A stretch of 64,000 bases of DNA from Takakia lepidozioides (taxonomy: Eukaryota; Plantae; Bryophyta). The notes under the pieces are model-generated. The model had not been told where the DNA came from, did no database searches, and worked only from the letters and a program-made list of their open reading frames with translations. Shown here piece after piece: positions 1 to 11,300 of this stretch (position 1 is the stretch's first letter; each line of letters opens with the position of its first letter). The stretch covers positions 39,122,001 to 39,186,000 of the forward strand of contig CM060734.1 of NCBI GenBank assembly GCA_030704615.1. Direction: 5' to 3'. The position numbers and the translations under genes were made by a program.

Positions 1-2380
1 TGTAGCCCAATCCCATGATCGGAAGAGGGTGCAATTGTGGAGTAGGGGCGTTGAATGAAGCACGCACCCTGTCACACACCATGCACCTAGCCACAAATTG
101 TTGCACCTCTGTGTGCATATCACGCCACCAATACTGCCCCTGCAGTAGACTATGAGTGCGTCGCACCCCAAAATGCCCCAACTCCTCATGGGCATGCCGC
201 ACTAACCGTGCCCGCTGTGTTGGGTGAGGCACAATCCTCACTTGACCATCCTCCCACACTCGAAGCAGGTGTGTCCCCTCCCACTTGAACCTCTTGGCTC
301 GTTGTAGGATCCGATCCCTCTCCTTGGCAGTCACAGTGGCTGCAGTGTCTCCAGTGCGGAGGTAGTCCAACACAACTGAATCCTCATGTATATCTTTGGC
401 GCCACCTTGCTCATTGTTGGCCTCAGGGTCCTTAGACACTTGATCTACAGTCATCCCTGTTGTAGGTCCAACCTGGCCTTCCGCTGCCAAGATACACAGA
501 AATGCAGATGCATGCCATCCGGGCACCATCTCCTCGTCCGTCTCACCATGCCACCGAGCTCCAGTGTCATCCTGCTGGCTCGTGCATGGATTGCGACTCA
601 ACCCATCTGCATTGTGATTGACCAAACCCGGTCGATGCACCACCTGAAAGTCATACTCTTGAAGGATAAGTGCCCACCGTGCAAGCTTCCCCGTAAGCTT
701 GTCTGACTCCATCAACCACTTGAGTGGTTGGTGATCCGTGACAAGGGTGAAGAGATTGCCATATAGATAGCACCTGAAGTGTGCCACGGCCCACACTGCA
801 GCTAAGCATTCTCCCTCATGTGAGCTATACTTAGACTCAGCAGCATTGTTCGAGCGGCTAGCGTAAGCCACTACGAACTCTCTTCCCTCATCATCCACCT
901 GTGTGAGCACCGCTCCAAGCCCCAGCATGCTCCAATCTGTATGCAGCTGAAAAGGACGCCCCCTAATAGGTCGTCTCAAGATGGGCGCCGAGGTCAACCT
1001 CGCCTTGAGCTCTTGAAAAGCTTGTTCTTGCTCATCTTCCCACTGCCACTCCTGGTCCACCTTGGTCAGCTTGGTTAGAGCCTTTGCAATGGCACTAAAT
1101 CCCTTAACAAACCGTCTGTAATAGTTTGCTAACCCCATGAAAGCTCGAACTCGGCTCACATCCGTGGGGCGTGGAACCTGTGCAATGGATTCTACCTTAG
1201 TCTGCTGTACCCCCAATCCTCCAGGATATATCATGTGACCCAGATACTCAATCTGGTTGTGGAAAAACTTGCGCTTTCTCGGATGGAACTTCAATCCGTG
1301 CGTCCTCAAGTGCTCAAATACCTCCTGAAGGTGTCTCTCATGCTCCTCCACCGTAGCACTAAAGATGATGATGTCATCTATGTAGCACCGAGCAAACTCC
1401 ACCCCTGCTAGAATCATGTCCATGACCCTTTGAAACTCAGCAGGAGCGTTTTTAAGCCCAAATGGTAAGAACCGCCACTGGTATAGGCAATCATTCCCGT
1501 GCTCATTGATCCCCCAGAATGTCGTCTTTTGCTTATCCGCCTCCTTGATCGGCAACTGGTGATATCCGGATCGTAAATCCAACGTGCTAAAGACCTTGGA
1601 ATGCCCAATGGCATCAAAGATCTCCTCTTCGGCATGGCATACCTATCGGACTTGGTCTGACGATTTACAGGCCGGTAATCACCGCACATACGTCTCTCCG
1701 TCCATTTGCCATAGACATCCTTCTTGGCTGGCATCACTGTGGCTGAAGCATACTCTCCACCAGAGAGCTCCACCAAACCTGCCTCCCAAAGATCCTGAGT
1801 TCTCATCTGAATCAAGGACCTCTCCATGTCACTGATCTATAGGGTCTCCGAAAGATTGGCGTGTCAGTAGCCAATTCATTGCGAATCTCTTGACCCTTCA
1901 GTGCTCCCAAGTCCTTCAAACTGAAGGCAAAGCAATTCCTGTAAGCCCTCAGGAACCGCCGCATACGTCGTCTCTCTCCTCCGGTGACAATGGGTCCAAT
2001 GTCAAGCTCCCAATTGTCCTCCGTAACTGCAACCTTAAGTCCAGTGGGCTTAGAGGTAGAGGACGCGTCCCGTGGTTGCTATGCTGCAACCTCTGGAGTA
2101 GTACTCCCTTCCTGCTCAGTCAATGACAAGGCCTCATCCTGTCCCATCATCTCATCCTTGAGGACCTCCTCAACCCGAGAAGATTCCCCAACCTCATCCA
2201 TCACAGCCGCCTTGGCTGCCAACTCCCTCTGAACCTCGAGCACCTCCCACGTGTGCCATGGATGCATGCACCCCGTGGTCCTCACATGCTCGCCCCGACT
2301 CACTGCCTGTACCGTCTCGGTAGGTAGAGAGACCATTGAGGGAAGTGTATTCCGCACTTTGCGTTGCTCAGCCAGAGCCA
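1..2380 (-). pseudogene. pol RT / RNase H / integrase N-terminus of copy 1
   Basis: RMCGDYRPVN, DLRSGYHQ, PFGLKNAP, CYIDD, EGECLA, TDHQPL motifs across frameshifts; colinear with 16820-19200. Confidence 0.93.
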
Positions 2381-2389
2381 AGCTGATAA

Positions 2390-3325
2390 TCCAGGTCAAG
2401 CAATTGAGATCCATTGCTTGCCCCAACACTTGACGACGTGATGCCTCAGAAAGAGACGACACCGCCGTGGTACCAGTGGTAAAACCCATTGCCCGCTCAC
2501 GCTCGTCAGCATTAGGCTCCACTAACTGCTGCAACTGAGCATCCCACAGGAGGCCAGGTCCACTATCCCGGAAAGCATGCGATCCTGGGAAGCTGAGCAG
2601 TGTAGGTAATGCTGCTCGTGGTTGAGCCACCTTGTTGACCACTACCAAAGGCGAACGGTCATCGTGTCTCACATGCTAAGACTGCCTCCCTGTGTCCAGA
2701 ATGTTATCCACTGTGAGATGTGCTGGCCGCTCCACCCCATCAAATGCACGCTTGAGTAGTGCGGGTGGCATCAAGTTAGTCCACCATAGCCGTGGACGAT
2801 GAGCCCGTGACTCCACTGTAGCTGCATCTAGCAACACTGCTGACCCAAGCCACGATCGGACTTGATGCACACTGGCCATCACCCTGGCCCGAGAATCGCC
2901 CATCAGTGGCACATTCTCCAAGATGTATGCTGGAGATACAGCTTGATGAAGCTGCAAGTGGCGCAAAACCCGCACCATCTCCCAAAACAGACCCGACCTC
3001 GAGTCTCGCAATCCATTGCCATGCCCGGCTGATGAATGCCTTTGGCAGGGCCAACCTGCCACTACCAGATCAATGGAGCCAACCCGCTCCAAATCCTGCG
3101 CCCCCAGCAACAAAATATCTGCTGGCAAGGCCTGCTAATATCCACGAATTGCAGACACCGACAACAACTCAGGGTACCGCTGCACCAACTGAGCAACATG
3201 GCGAAGTGAAATGCGTCGTGCAGTCTCATCCCTCTCCACATACAGGTAACGCCGAACTCGTACACCTGCTTGTAACACAGCAGCCAATCCGGTGCTGATC
3301 CCGCCAAACAAGTCCAGAAGGCAAA
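2390..3325 (-). pseudogene. DNMT3-like C5 cytosine methyltransferase domain inside retroelement pol
   Basis: Motif I LLDLFGGISTGLAAVLQAG, acidic motif II YLYVERD, motif IV DLVVAGWPCQ, GLFWEM, motif VI YILENV, motif VIII RAHRPRLWWTN, motif IX ERERAMGF, motif X RRQVLGQAM; frameshift near 3328, in-frame TAG at 2676. Confidence 0.93.
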
Positions 3326-3759
3326 TGCTTCATCCGGATACTGCCACACAATAGGTGTGGTATCCAATGGTGACAACTGAGGTGGTCCTGGTGCAATACC
3401 CGCGCTCTCCTCCTCTCCTGACGGTACAAAAGCCTCTACCCAGGCTTGTTGCACCCGTCGATCAGCAACCTGCTGCAAATCCTTGCTCATACCCCACAAT
3501 GGAGTGTGAGCAACCATGGCAGGCAACTCCGCCACACCATGCATGTCATCCTGCTCTGCTGGAGGTGGCACATCCTCTGCATGGGCATTGCCTTCCAGCA
3601 ACTCTCCAGGCCAACTAACTGCAGCTGTAAAGGCGGCTAGTGTTGGCATCTTGCCCCGTTGGGCAGCCGCAATACCCCCAATGAATGTCACAGGGAGCTG
3701 TGCATGACGACCATCCCCTGACTGCCATCCAGGCCTGTAGAATGCTGACTCCTCCCAAA

Positions 3760-4725
3760 AGTCCAGGGTGAAGCCCATGGGGTATAACACTGCCCCACCA
3801 ACGAGGACATCGTAAGAGACCGCGTCTGTCACAATGGCCTTGGCTCGCATTACTGAGCCATCGATAGGATGATCCGGCTGCAGTCTAATGGCCAACTGAT
3901 GCCGTGTCATGCCCCGAGCCTGCTCTGATCCTCCCAGAGATGTCTGTATCTGGAAAGGACAAGGCTCCATATCCGCCTCCATGAGGCCCAAACCTGCAAT
4001 AGCAGCTCTGCCCAACATCAGTGGCTAAGCTCCCGAGTCCAACAAGACCCGCAGTGGCCGGTACTTCTTGCCTGCCGGTCCACTCAAAGAGAAAATGCCA
4101 TCCTGGTTGTCTAACAAGACAACTCCAGGTGTCACCATGGCGCGCTCAAAGGCTGGCCTAGCTGGTAGCTCCGTCAACCTGGTAGCTGCAGCTTGCCATG
4201 GCGCGGCCGTAGCAGTCTTGACCCTCAAATCTGAGGATCCCTCTGCCACTACACCTTCCAGTAACTCCGCAGAAGATGAAGTGACCTCCCCACTCTCACA
4301 GAGTGTTGCTGCTAGTCTGAACACTGCAGCTGGTCTTACCCCCGGCGACGCAATCATGGTTGCCAAGAACAGTGGGGCTTGACACACAGAGGTGGCTGCC
4401 CCCAACAACACACCGGCTGCACTAGCCTTGGCAGCAAGTGTCAGTGCTGCACGTGTAGCTCTCCCCAATGGCATAGAAACCTCCGCCTCGGTAACAGTCG
4501 GGCGAGAACTAGGTGCCATGGATGGCGTTGCCACTGTCTCCGCCAAGGTGAATGACTAAGGCAGCCTCGCCTAACGGCTTGCCTCCCCACGTTGTGGATC
4601 CAACTCCACCTCTGCACCTCGTGGCTCAGGAACTCGTGCTGCTCCTCGAGTCACGGCTGCAGCAGACTCCACCTGCTCTAGTGGTAGTGCTGCTCCGCAT
4701 ATGAATCCCATGCCTCCCATATCAC
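3760..4725 (-). pseudogene. Aspartic protease and gag-pol spacer of copy 1
   Basis: LLDSGA*PLMLG and YDVLVGG retropepsin motifs; near-identical to 15850-16818. Confidence 0.88.
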
Positions 4726-5110
4726 TCATAGTGGCCTGGTGAATGAAGTTGTCACGTTTGGGATCGCAAACCATCATCTTCAAAAATATGAAATACAAAT
4801 GTTTGCAGGATATGAATTTACCTTTCTTGCCCAAACTGGTTGATAGCATATTCACAAAATCAGGACATGTGCAATTGGGGAAATTGGAAACCGTGATGTC
4901 GTAGCTCCTGTCATGAACAGCAGATGTGGAAGTGATGATTGTGAATACCCGACCATATCCTGGATCGGGTACTTCCGTGGTGCTTCCAACACGAGCTTGG
5001 AGCATTCTTGCGGACTCCACTTTGCCAAAGTGTTCAGCGGTTGGAGGGAAACGCTAAACGAGCTTTCCATCTCGTTTGGTTGGCACAAGTCAGGATTTGT
5101 CGGGGGGACC
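4725..5110 (-). pseudogene. SWIM zinc-finger fragment (MULE-like) replacing most of gag
   Basis: CTCPDF...SCKHLYFIF (CxC-xn-CxH); homologous to 28160-28460. Confidence 0.8.
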
Positions 5111-5806
5111 CGGGAGGACGCAGAAGTAGTAGCACATGCAGCACTAGTTGAGGATGGAGGTGAAGGTGGTCTAAAACGAACACCTCGTCTGGTGAACCCA
5201 CTCTCACTGCTACTGCCTGTAGCCGTACTCCCCTCAGAACCCCTGGGTAACTCCGTGATGACACTCACAATGTGCACCTCCCCCACGTGACACTATAAGG
5301 CTCTATTATTAATTCTAATAGTGACACGGGTAGGCACCTGTTGCAGTTTAAGGGTCATATCCCAGTGGCTCAGGGCACCTGCACCTGCATCCACCGCAAG
5401 AACTCCTATGGTTGGCTGGTCATCAACCCAGTCTCACCATAGAAGAAACACTGGTGGTCTTGCTAGTCATCACTCCAGCCTCACCACCGACAACATACTC
5501 CAGGATTGACCGGTGATCAAATCCGGCCTAATCCCTATGAAAGCAAGCGCCCACACAAAACCAACATGGCACACAGTCAAGCATGCAGGTGTTGGGGGGG
5601 ATCCAAACACAAGAAATCAAAACATCAACACCCCCACACCAAAATCCATCTGAAATGCGGATCCTGCAGAATATCCCAGCCCAAAACCCCGGACTGACTG
5701 GCCTCCACCAAGAGAGGCTTTGGCAACTACAAGTACAAAGTAATGAAAATAGTAAAGAGATGGAGGGGAGGAATAGAAGCCCGACCAAGCAAGATCTAAT
5801 CCTGAT

Positions 5807-6556
5807 CTATGCTATCAACTGCCAGACTTCTCTCAAAGTGCCTCGCTCTGCATGATGGTAAGGTGTAGGCGGTATATCTATGTCCAGAAACCTGCCACTA
5901 ACCTTGTCCCAAGCTACAGTAGCTCGCTCTAACCAACCCTCCTCCTCTTTCTGCCAGGTAGAGACAAAGCAATACTCCCCTATCTCCCGCTCACTGAACA
6001 CTAAAGAAAATAAAGGTAGGGTGTGACAGTCTCTCAACTCGAAAGCTTTGAGACGGTTGCGGGTGTCCTCATTGTGAATGACTGCATCTCCTTCAAGTAG
6101 AACAAACTTGTCATTGCTAATGAACCCCCGCTCGTGGTTGCCTTGTGTAGAGCGTGTCCGGCTGCAACCATGTCTGATTGCACAAACTTGTGTAGCTCCT
6201 GCTCCTCTACTCCAATACACCACGGCCTTGTGGCTGAACACCTTGGTCCCCGGGGCTGTCTTTGGCTGTGTTCCAAGCCTAGCTTTCACCCACTTTGGTA
6301 TTCCACCTAAAGCTGCAGAACTGCTGGCTCCAACAAGGTTCTGACTGTCCAAAGCAATATTGAGGCCCTCAACGCCAACTACAACAGTTTGTTGTCCACT
6401 GCTAATGCCTGACTCCCAGTATGCAATCAACTCGTCCAACTGTTCTCCACTCAAATCAGTCTGAGTTCCTTGGGAAACATAAATCTTGTCCCCTTGGGTG
6501 CACACGCTAAGAGAAGAGACCTGCCCTTCAATTACGTCCTCATTTCCCCCAGCCAT
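5807..6556 (-). CDS. Uninterrupted 249-aa orphan ORF in the leader of copy 1
   Basis: ATG-initiated, no stops, globular-like composition, same strand as pol; no recognised motif. Confidence 0.5.
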   Translation of the reverse strand: MAGGNEDVIEGQVSSLSVCTQGDKIYVSQGTQTDLSGEQLDELIAYWESGISSGQQTVVVGVEGLNIALDSQNLVGASSSAALGGIPKWVKARLGTQPKTAPGTKVFSHKAVVYWSRGAGATQVCAIRHGCSRTRSTQGNHERGFISNDKFVLLEGDAVIHNEDTRNRLKAFELRDCHTLPLFSLVFSEREIGEYCFVSTWQKEEEGWLERATVAWDKVSGRFLDIDIPPTPYHHAERGTLREVWQLIA

Positions 6557-7029
6557 ACAAGGAGTACATCCCCAGATTTATCTCTCATGTAGATCAGAAC
6601 AGGTTCTAGAAACAGGATTGTGGATCTTTCATGGCACACTCACACTCTAAAAATTCCATAGATTTTTAGCAGAGTCCCAAAAACAAAAACCAGGTCTAGA
6701 TAGGTAGATTTCCCTTTTCTGTAGGTCCCTGCGCAAGTTTTGGGTCCAACAGCCTTGGTAGGCCAAAGTTATGGCCAAACAGGCTCTATCTAATTTAAAT
6801 TAGATCAAAGAACGATTTTTTTTTAATAAAATACTTGTCTTGGTTCCTGTTCCCTGGTTATCTACGGGTTCCCGAGGCCGTTCCCCTCGCACTGTGAGCA
6901 CACTACTGCCCCATTTCCAAGCGCACTCCATAGCAGCAGTCTTCCGTGAGAGAGAGAGAGAGAGCTATGGCGGGACTTACAACAACAGCACAGGGCATCA
7001 CCGCGTCCTTGGCATCAGCGGCATGGGGG

Positions 7030-7205
7030 CATCTCCTATTTGAGGTATTCGGATTGACCTAACCCTGATCTTCACAAACCGCAGTCCATCAGCGTTGGTT
7101 GTCAACAGAACCTGATCAATCATGCCACTTTCATTGTGGCGCAAGCATGTGCTCTGGTCACGCTTGGTGTAGCGCTGTGCTTGACTGGCATTGTCATCCT
7201 CCACA
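7030..7205 (-). pseudogene. RPB2: Captured fragment of RNA polymerase II second-largest subunit
   Basis: [48 protein letters not shown], the conserved RPB2 segment just before the KFSSRHGQKG motif. Confidence 0.9.
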
Positions 7206-7554
7206 TGTTCATATCATGCCTGCGATCACCACCCAAGTCGACCCCAACCAGTATTGACAGTGAGTGCAACTCGGTTGTTCTCCACACGCTCCATCATGCC
7301 TGCGATCAGCTTCCACACAAGGTGGTCCATTTCCGATGCCTGGCCTCCGCCCTCAATGTAGATGATATGACTCTTAACTCCCCAAATGTATCCAGCTATC
7401 CATTTCACTCCAGGCACTTTGTATTCATCCTAGGGACGTTGTGGTAGTGCAGATATCAACGTTCACAGCTTGCCAGCCCCTCCCTTGCGAACTGCGGTTA
7501 TCCAACTCATGCCAGCGCTGCTCCATGCTGCACGGTAGAGCTTTCTTTGTGAAG

Positions 7555-8035
7555 GATCTTGAAATAAACCTGGCAGGTTTGAATCTTTCTTACAGTAGTC
7601 ACATTGTAACAGAGCCATCAAGCAACAAATTGCAGTGGCAGTCGTTTACTGGATCCTCGCAACAGCCTTCCTTGCAGGATTCTTTACCTAGTTGGTTCAC
7701 ATTAGCAAATGAATCAGCATCTTCATCTCGTCAAGTGGTTGGAATGCCTGAGCGGTCACTGCCCATCAATCAAACTCAGACGGAGAACGGTTTGCTTGGT
7801 CTGCAAGGACACTCTTTGTCAGTAGGTGTTTGCCCCAAACAGCCAGAGCTGCAGCAAGTCTGCACACCCAGCCCGCAGGTGGAGCAAGACTGCAAGATAT
7901 TTGGGTTCACGTTGACAAACAAGCGGACATGGCCAGTCTCCAGTCCCCAGATCACTCAAGGTGAGGATTCTGAAAGCTCAGGGCATTGCCCAGTGGCAGA
8001 AATAGCTAAGCCTTCTACCTATGGCAGCTTGGGGA
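7555..8035 (+). pseudogene. Captured fragment resembling the middle region of an auxin response factor
   Basis: S/Q/P-rich open frame with CKIFGFTLT, resembling the (R/K)LFG repression motif of B-class ARFs; the motif is short and not unique to ARFs. Confidence 0.5.
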
Positions 8036-8134
8036 CAAGAGCATCACTTGTCATGGTTGAGCAAGAGATAACCCCACAATCCACGGGCCCCAACACCAAT
8101 CTTGGAGGGCACGGACGACACTCGCAAGGCCTGA

Positions 8135-8358
8135 CCACTCAACTGGGTGCACTAAAGGCTGGCAATGAAAGAGCACAGAAAGCAGCACTTGAGGCTTTGT
8201 TCCTACTACGTCAAGCCTGGTCCTCCAGTCCTGCTGAGGTGGGAAAAGCACAAGCCATGGCAGCGGCAAAAGCCATCCCTATGCTACAACTGTTGATGAG
8301 GACATGCCCCCCACGCTTTCAGAACAAGGCAGACAGCCTGCTGCAGTGCCTGCCAGGA
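8135..8358 (+). pseudogene. CSI1: Captured fragment of CELLULOSE SYNTHASE INTERACTIVE 1-like gene
   Basis: [62 protein letters not shown], the ARM segment preceding the C2 domain of CSI1/POM2. Confidence 0.88.
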
Positions 8359-8559
8359 GGACGAGAATATTGTTGGCTTTGAACTGCTGCAGCGACACTT
8401 CGAGTGGTTCCCGCCTTCCTGTTATGCTCCACTAGGCACACATAGTCAGTCTACCTGCAGGCTCTCGTAACCAAGCTATATTATAATAGTGCTTAAAAAC
8501 AGGAACGTCACATCTAGCTTAGCACTAGAAAACTAGATACAGTTTCATCTCTCTCTCGT

Positions 8560-8916
8560 GATAAACAAAAGCTAAAAGGACACACACTCTCAACACAAGA
8601 AATATGAAATCCATCGCTATCACTCTTTAAAATAGAAGTCGAGCCAGGGGCACCCCAAGCTATGGGGACTCCACCCCACAACAACCTACACTCCCATCAT
8701 AAGCACACTCAGATCTAAACGCATGAAGGAGCTCGGTTGCGCAGGCTCAACTCGAGAGAGATGAGTTGCGCGACTGCCGCTCTCGTGAAGATAAGGCGGT
8801 TCAGGTGTCAAACTAAACTTGACACCTGATTTAACACTTGACCTAAATCCAAGTGTTAAATACAAATAACTAGCTTTATTCTAGTTGTTTTCACACCGTG
8901 CTTATTTAACTTGACA
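8560..8916 (-). repeat. 5' terminal repeat A of copy 1 (diverged homologue of A1/A2)
   Basis: Reverse complement shares blocks TGTCAAGTTA, TTATCTTCACG, CTCATCTyTCTCGAGTTGAGCCT and TCCCCAT..TGGGGTGC with 10987-11300 / 20614-20929. Confidence 0.8.
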
Positions 8917-9664
8917 GCAGCCCCGAGGCTGAGGCATAAGGTTTTTTTGCCAACTGTTTTTGAGAAATGAAAGTGTTGGTGGTGTGTGTTAATTAGGATG
9001 GGATGGTGAGGAAACATCGACCCGTCTCCCTCGAGGATGCGGAGGTAGTACCACATATCGATTGTGGCCCTAGAGCGACCATTTTTCGTGGCAAGGAGGC
9101 ACCCATTGCACCTAATCCAATATAGGCTGCCGGACACAATCGTAGAAGGGACTGAGGCCAAATTTCAGGTGATGCGGAGGATGTTGACACTCTGAGATCG
9201 AGTCGGGCGCGCCGCGGGTTGCCTCCTTGCGGGCCACCCCGTCCAACCACGTCAACCTTTGACCCTCCCGACAGGATTGAGTGTTGGTGCACTAAGTATT
9301 GGGAACGGATACCGCCGGGTGGCACCAGACCACCGAGGCGGCGACCGCATGTTGTCGAAAAACATTACAAGAAGAACAAGATTGCGGATGCGGCAAAGGT
9401 GAGTGTTTTTCCCACCCCTCTCATTAACATTCATTTAAGGTATATTTAGGTTTATCTAATAATATAGTATGATTGGTAAGCATACATGAATCAAAATTAC
9501 GACATAAGTATTGATGCGTCGTTCACTACACACATTGCAGCCACGACTTGATGCCCAAGCTCGCAATCACATTGCACATGAGGCATTTTGCGCCGGTCTA
9601 CTTACAGAATTTGTGCCAGAGCATGTGCCCGATGTGACTAGTTGGTTCCCCTAGCAGCACGTAG

Positions 9665-10520
9665 ATGAGATACGTAGGGTCGAGGGGTATCGTAGGTGTC
9701 GTAGGCGTTATGGCCGGGGACGAGCAGGCCCACCCCCCCCCCCCCCCCCCCCCCCTTCCAGTTTCCTCAGGCGGTCCCCCTGATTGTGGCCTCCCCCCGT
9801 CTGTTTCTTTGCCTGATCCACCTCCGGTTGTACCTGATCCGGACGTTGTACCCCCGGTTGCACCTCCAACATTACATCCTCAACCACCTCCACTTTCATC
9901 TCCTCCGCCAGCAGTGCCACCTCCACCTCCACCTCCACCACCACCACCACCTCTACCTCCACCTCCACCTCCACATGCATGTGCCCCCCGAACCCCTAGG
10001 AGGGGTCGGCTTCGCCCTAGGTTTCCTCCCCTTCGGCTTGGGCGGCCTGAGCCGGATCCTCGCCCCCAATGGGAAGCGCATAGGACTATGTTACTGACGA
10101 CCGTCCAACCTCGTTGTTGGGGGAATCATCTCAACCCTCCCACCCCCATCCGAGAAAATGTGGAGTTCGAGTATTGGGGGAGACGGTATGTTGTGAGAGC
10201 CGCTACAGACCCTGCTATGGGTCGGGGTTTATTCACGGTCAATGATATTGTGGTTCATCCTCGGAGAAACAGCATGGTGGACTTGTTTCCCTACTACGGT
10301 CCATACTACACCTCCGCGGAGTTCCGTACATTACGCCTCGAAACCCCATACATCCTACCCTACATTTTGTCTGTCAACGGACATGATGCACGTAGATGGG
10401 GTTGTCTCCCATTGAGATCAAATTTTGTGATGGTGACCCCGACATCTTTGGCAATGTTGCTGGGCTGGTCAATAGTTCTTTTGGTCATCCTAGGAGAACC
10501 AATGTAGTATGGGACGAGCG
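9665..10520 (+). pseudogene. Pro-rich region followed by SET-domain-like sequence (frameshifted)
   Basis: MGRGLFTVNDI...LFPYYG...DGDPDIFGNVAGLVNSS...TNV follows the SET pattern GxGLF...YxG...NxARFxNHS...PN. Confidence 0.6.
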
Positions 10521-10559
10521 AAGCGATGGGCATGAGAGCTTTTGTGAACGTCAGTATAC

Positions 10560-10902
10560 TGTGAGGGGATGCACATGTTTGGTTCACCAAGGGTACTCTA
10601 CTTGTCCAGCATGTGGACCTCAAGTCGATTCCAGATATTCCCCAGCTTGCAAGAAATTGATATTCCAGGGGCATCGACGGTATCTTCCCCACAATCATGC
10701 CTATAGAAGATCCAGACTTTTTAATGGGGCGCGAGACATGAGACCTGCTCCACATACAGTGACAGCCACCGAAATCAAGGAGCGTGCACGACATTACAAA
10801 CAATGGATTGATGATGGTGGGACTGTAGGCGCACAGAACGATCCCTCCAAGCTCCATGGCGTAAAATGATTGTCCATTCTGTTTGACTTGCCTTACTGGG
10901 AG
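10560..10902 (+). pseudogene. CACTA/En-Spm transposase fragment
   Basis: HQGYSTCPACG...KKLIFQGHRRYLPHNHAYRR...SILFDLPYWE followed by a GT donor. Confidence 0.85.
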
Positions 10903-10986
10903 GTGCGATTACCACACCTGTGTTTTGGGAACATAACAGTGCATTGGTTTTCATTGTGCATGATTGTTTGTTTACTGAACCTGTGC

Positions 10987-11300
10987 TGTTCAGATCACAC
11001 CACTAGTGTGAAACTAGCTAGGAAATAGCTAGCTTTTACATATTGACATTTGGGATTGGCCCAAGTGTCAATCCAAGGGTCAAGGCAGATTTAGGCCCTG
11101 GAGTGGTTATCTTCACGGCAAGCGCGGAAGGCTCATCTTTCTCGAGTTGAGCCTCACCGCGCCTAGCTATGGTGCCGTAGTGTGGATTCCCCATGGCGTG
11201 GGGTGCACTTGGCTTGACTTGTATTTGAGTGATGAGGTTATATATGCATGAGTTTATGCTTCAGATTTGTGAGCTCGTGCTTGTATTCCTCTTCTTTATC
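10987..11300 (+). repeat. Repeat A1
   Basis: 10999-11300 is near-identical to 20628-20929. Confidence 0.95.

Larger units (their letters stand above)
1..8916 (-). mobile_element. Ty3/gypsy-like retroelement copy 1 (DNMT-carrying family), runs off the window start; degenerate
   Basis: Minus-strand order gag remnant - PR (LLDSGA) - C5-MTase - RT (YIDD, ~1375) - RNase H (LHTDWS) - integrase HHCC (HEELGHFG...CMVC); 5' terminus TGTCAAGTTA at 8916 matches the start of repeat A2 of copy 2; 5320-5800 matches the leader of copy 2 (13900-14340). Confidence 0.92.

Noticed and set aside
2390-3325. Host DRM/DNMT3 gene or bacterial restriction-modification methylase
   Set aside because: Intronless, embedded in pol, no UBA domains or permuted motif order, no partner nuclease
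5807-6556. SRA/YDG-like methylcytosine reader
   Set aside because: Only a faint resemblance; diagnostic SGGYxDD and YxG motifs absent
7441-8382. Genuine 313-aa host gene
   Set aside because: GTG start and chimeric composition inside a retroelement
9219-9410. CACTA transposase-associated N-terminal Zn domain exon
   Set aside because: Only CxC...H plus a splice donor; insufficient support
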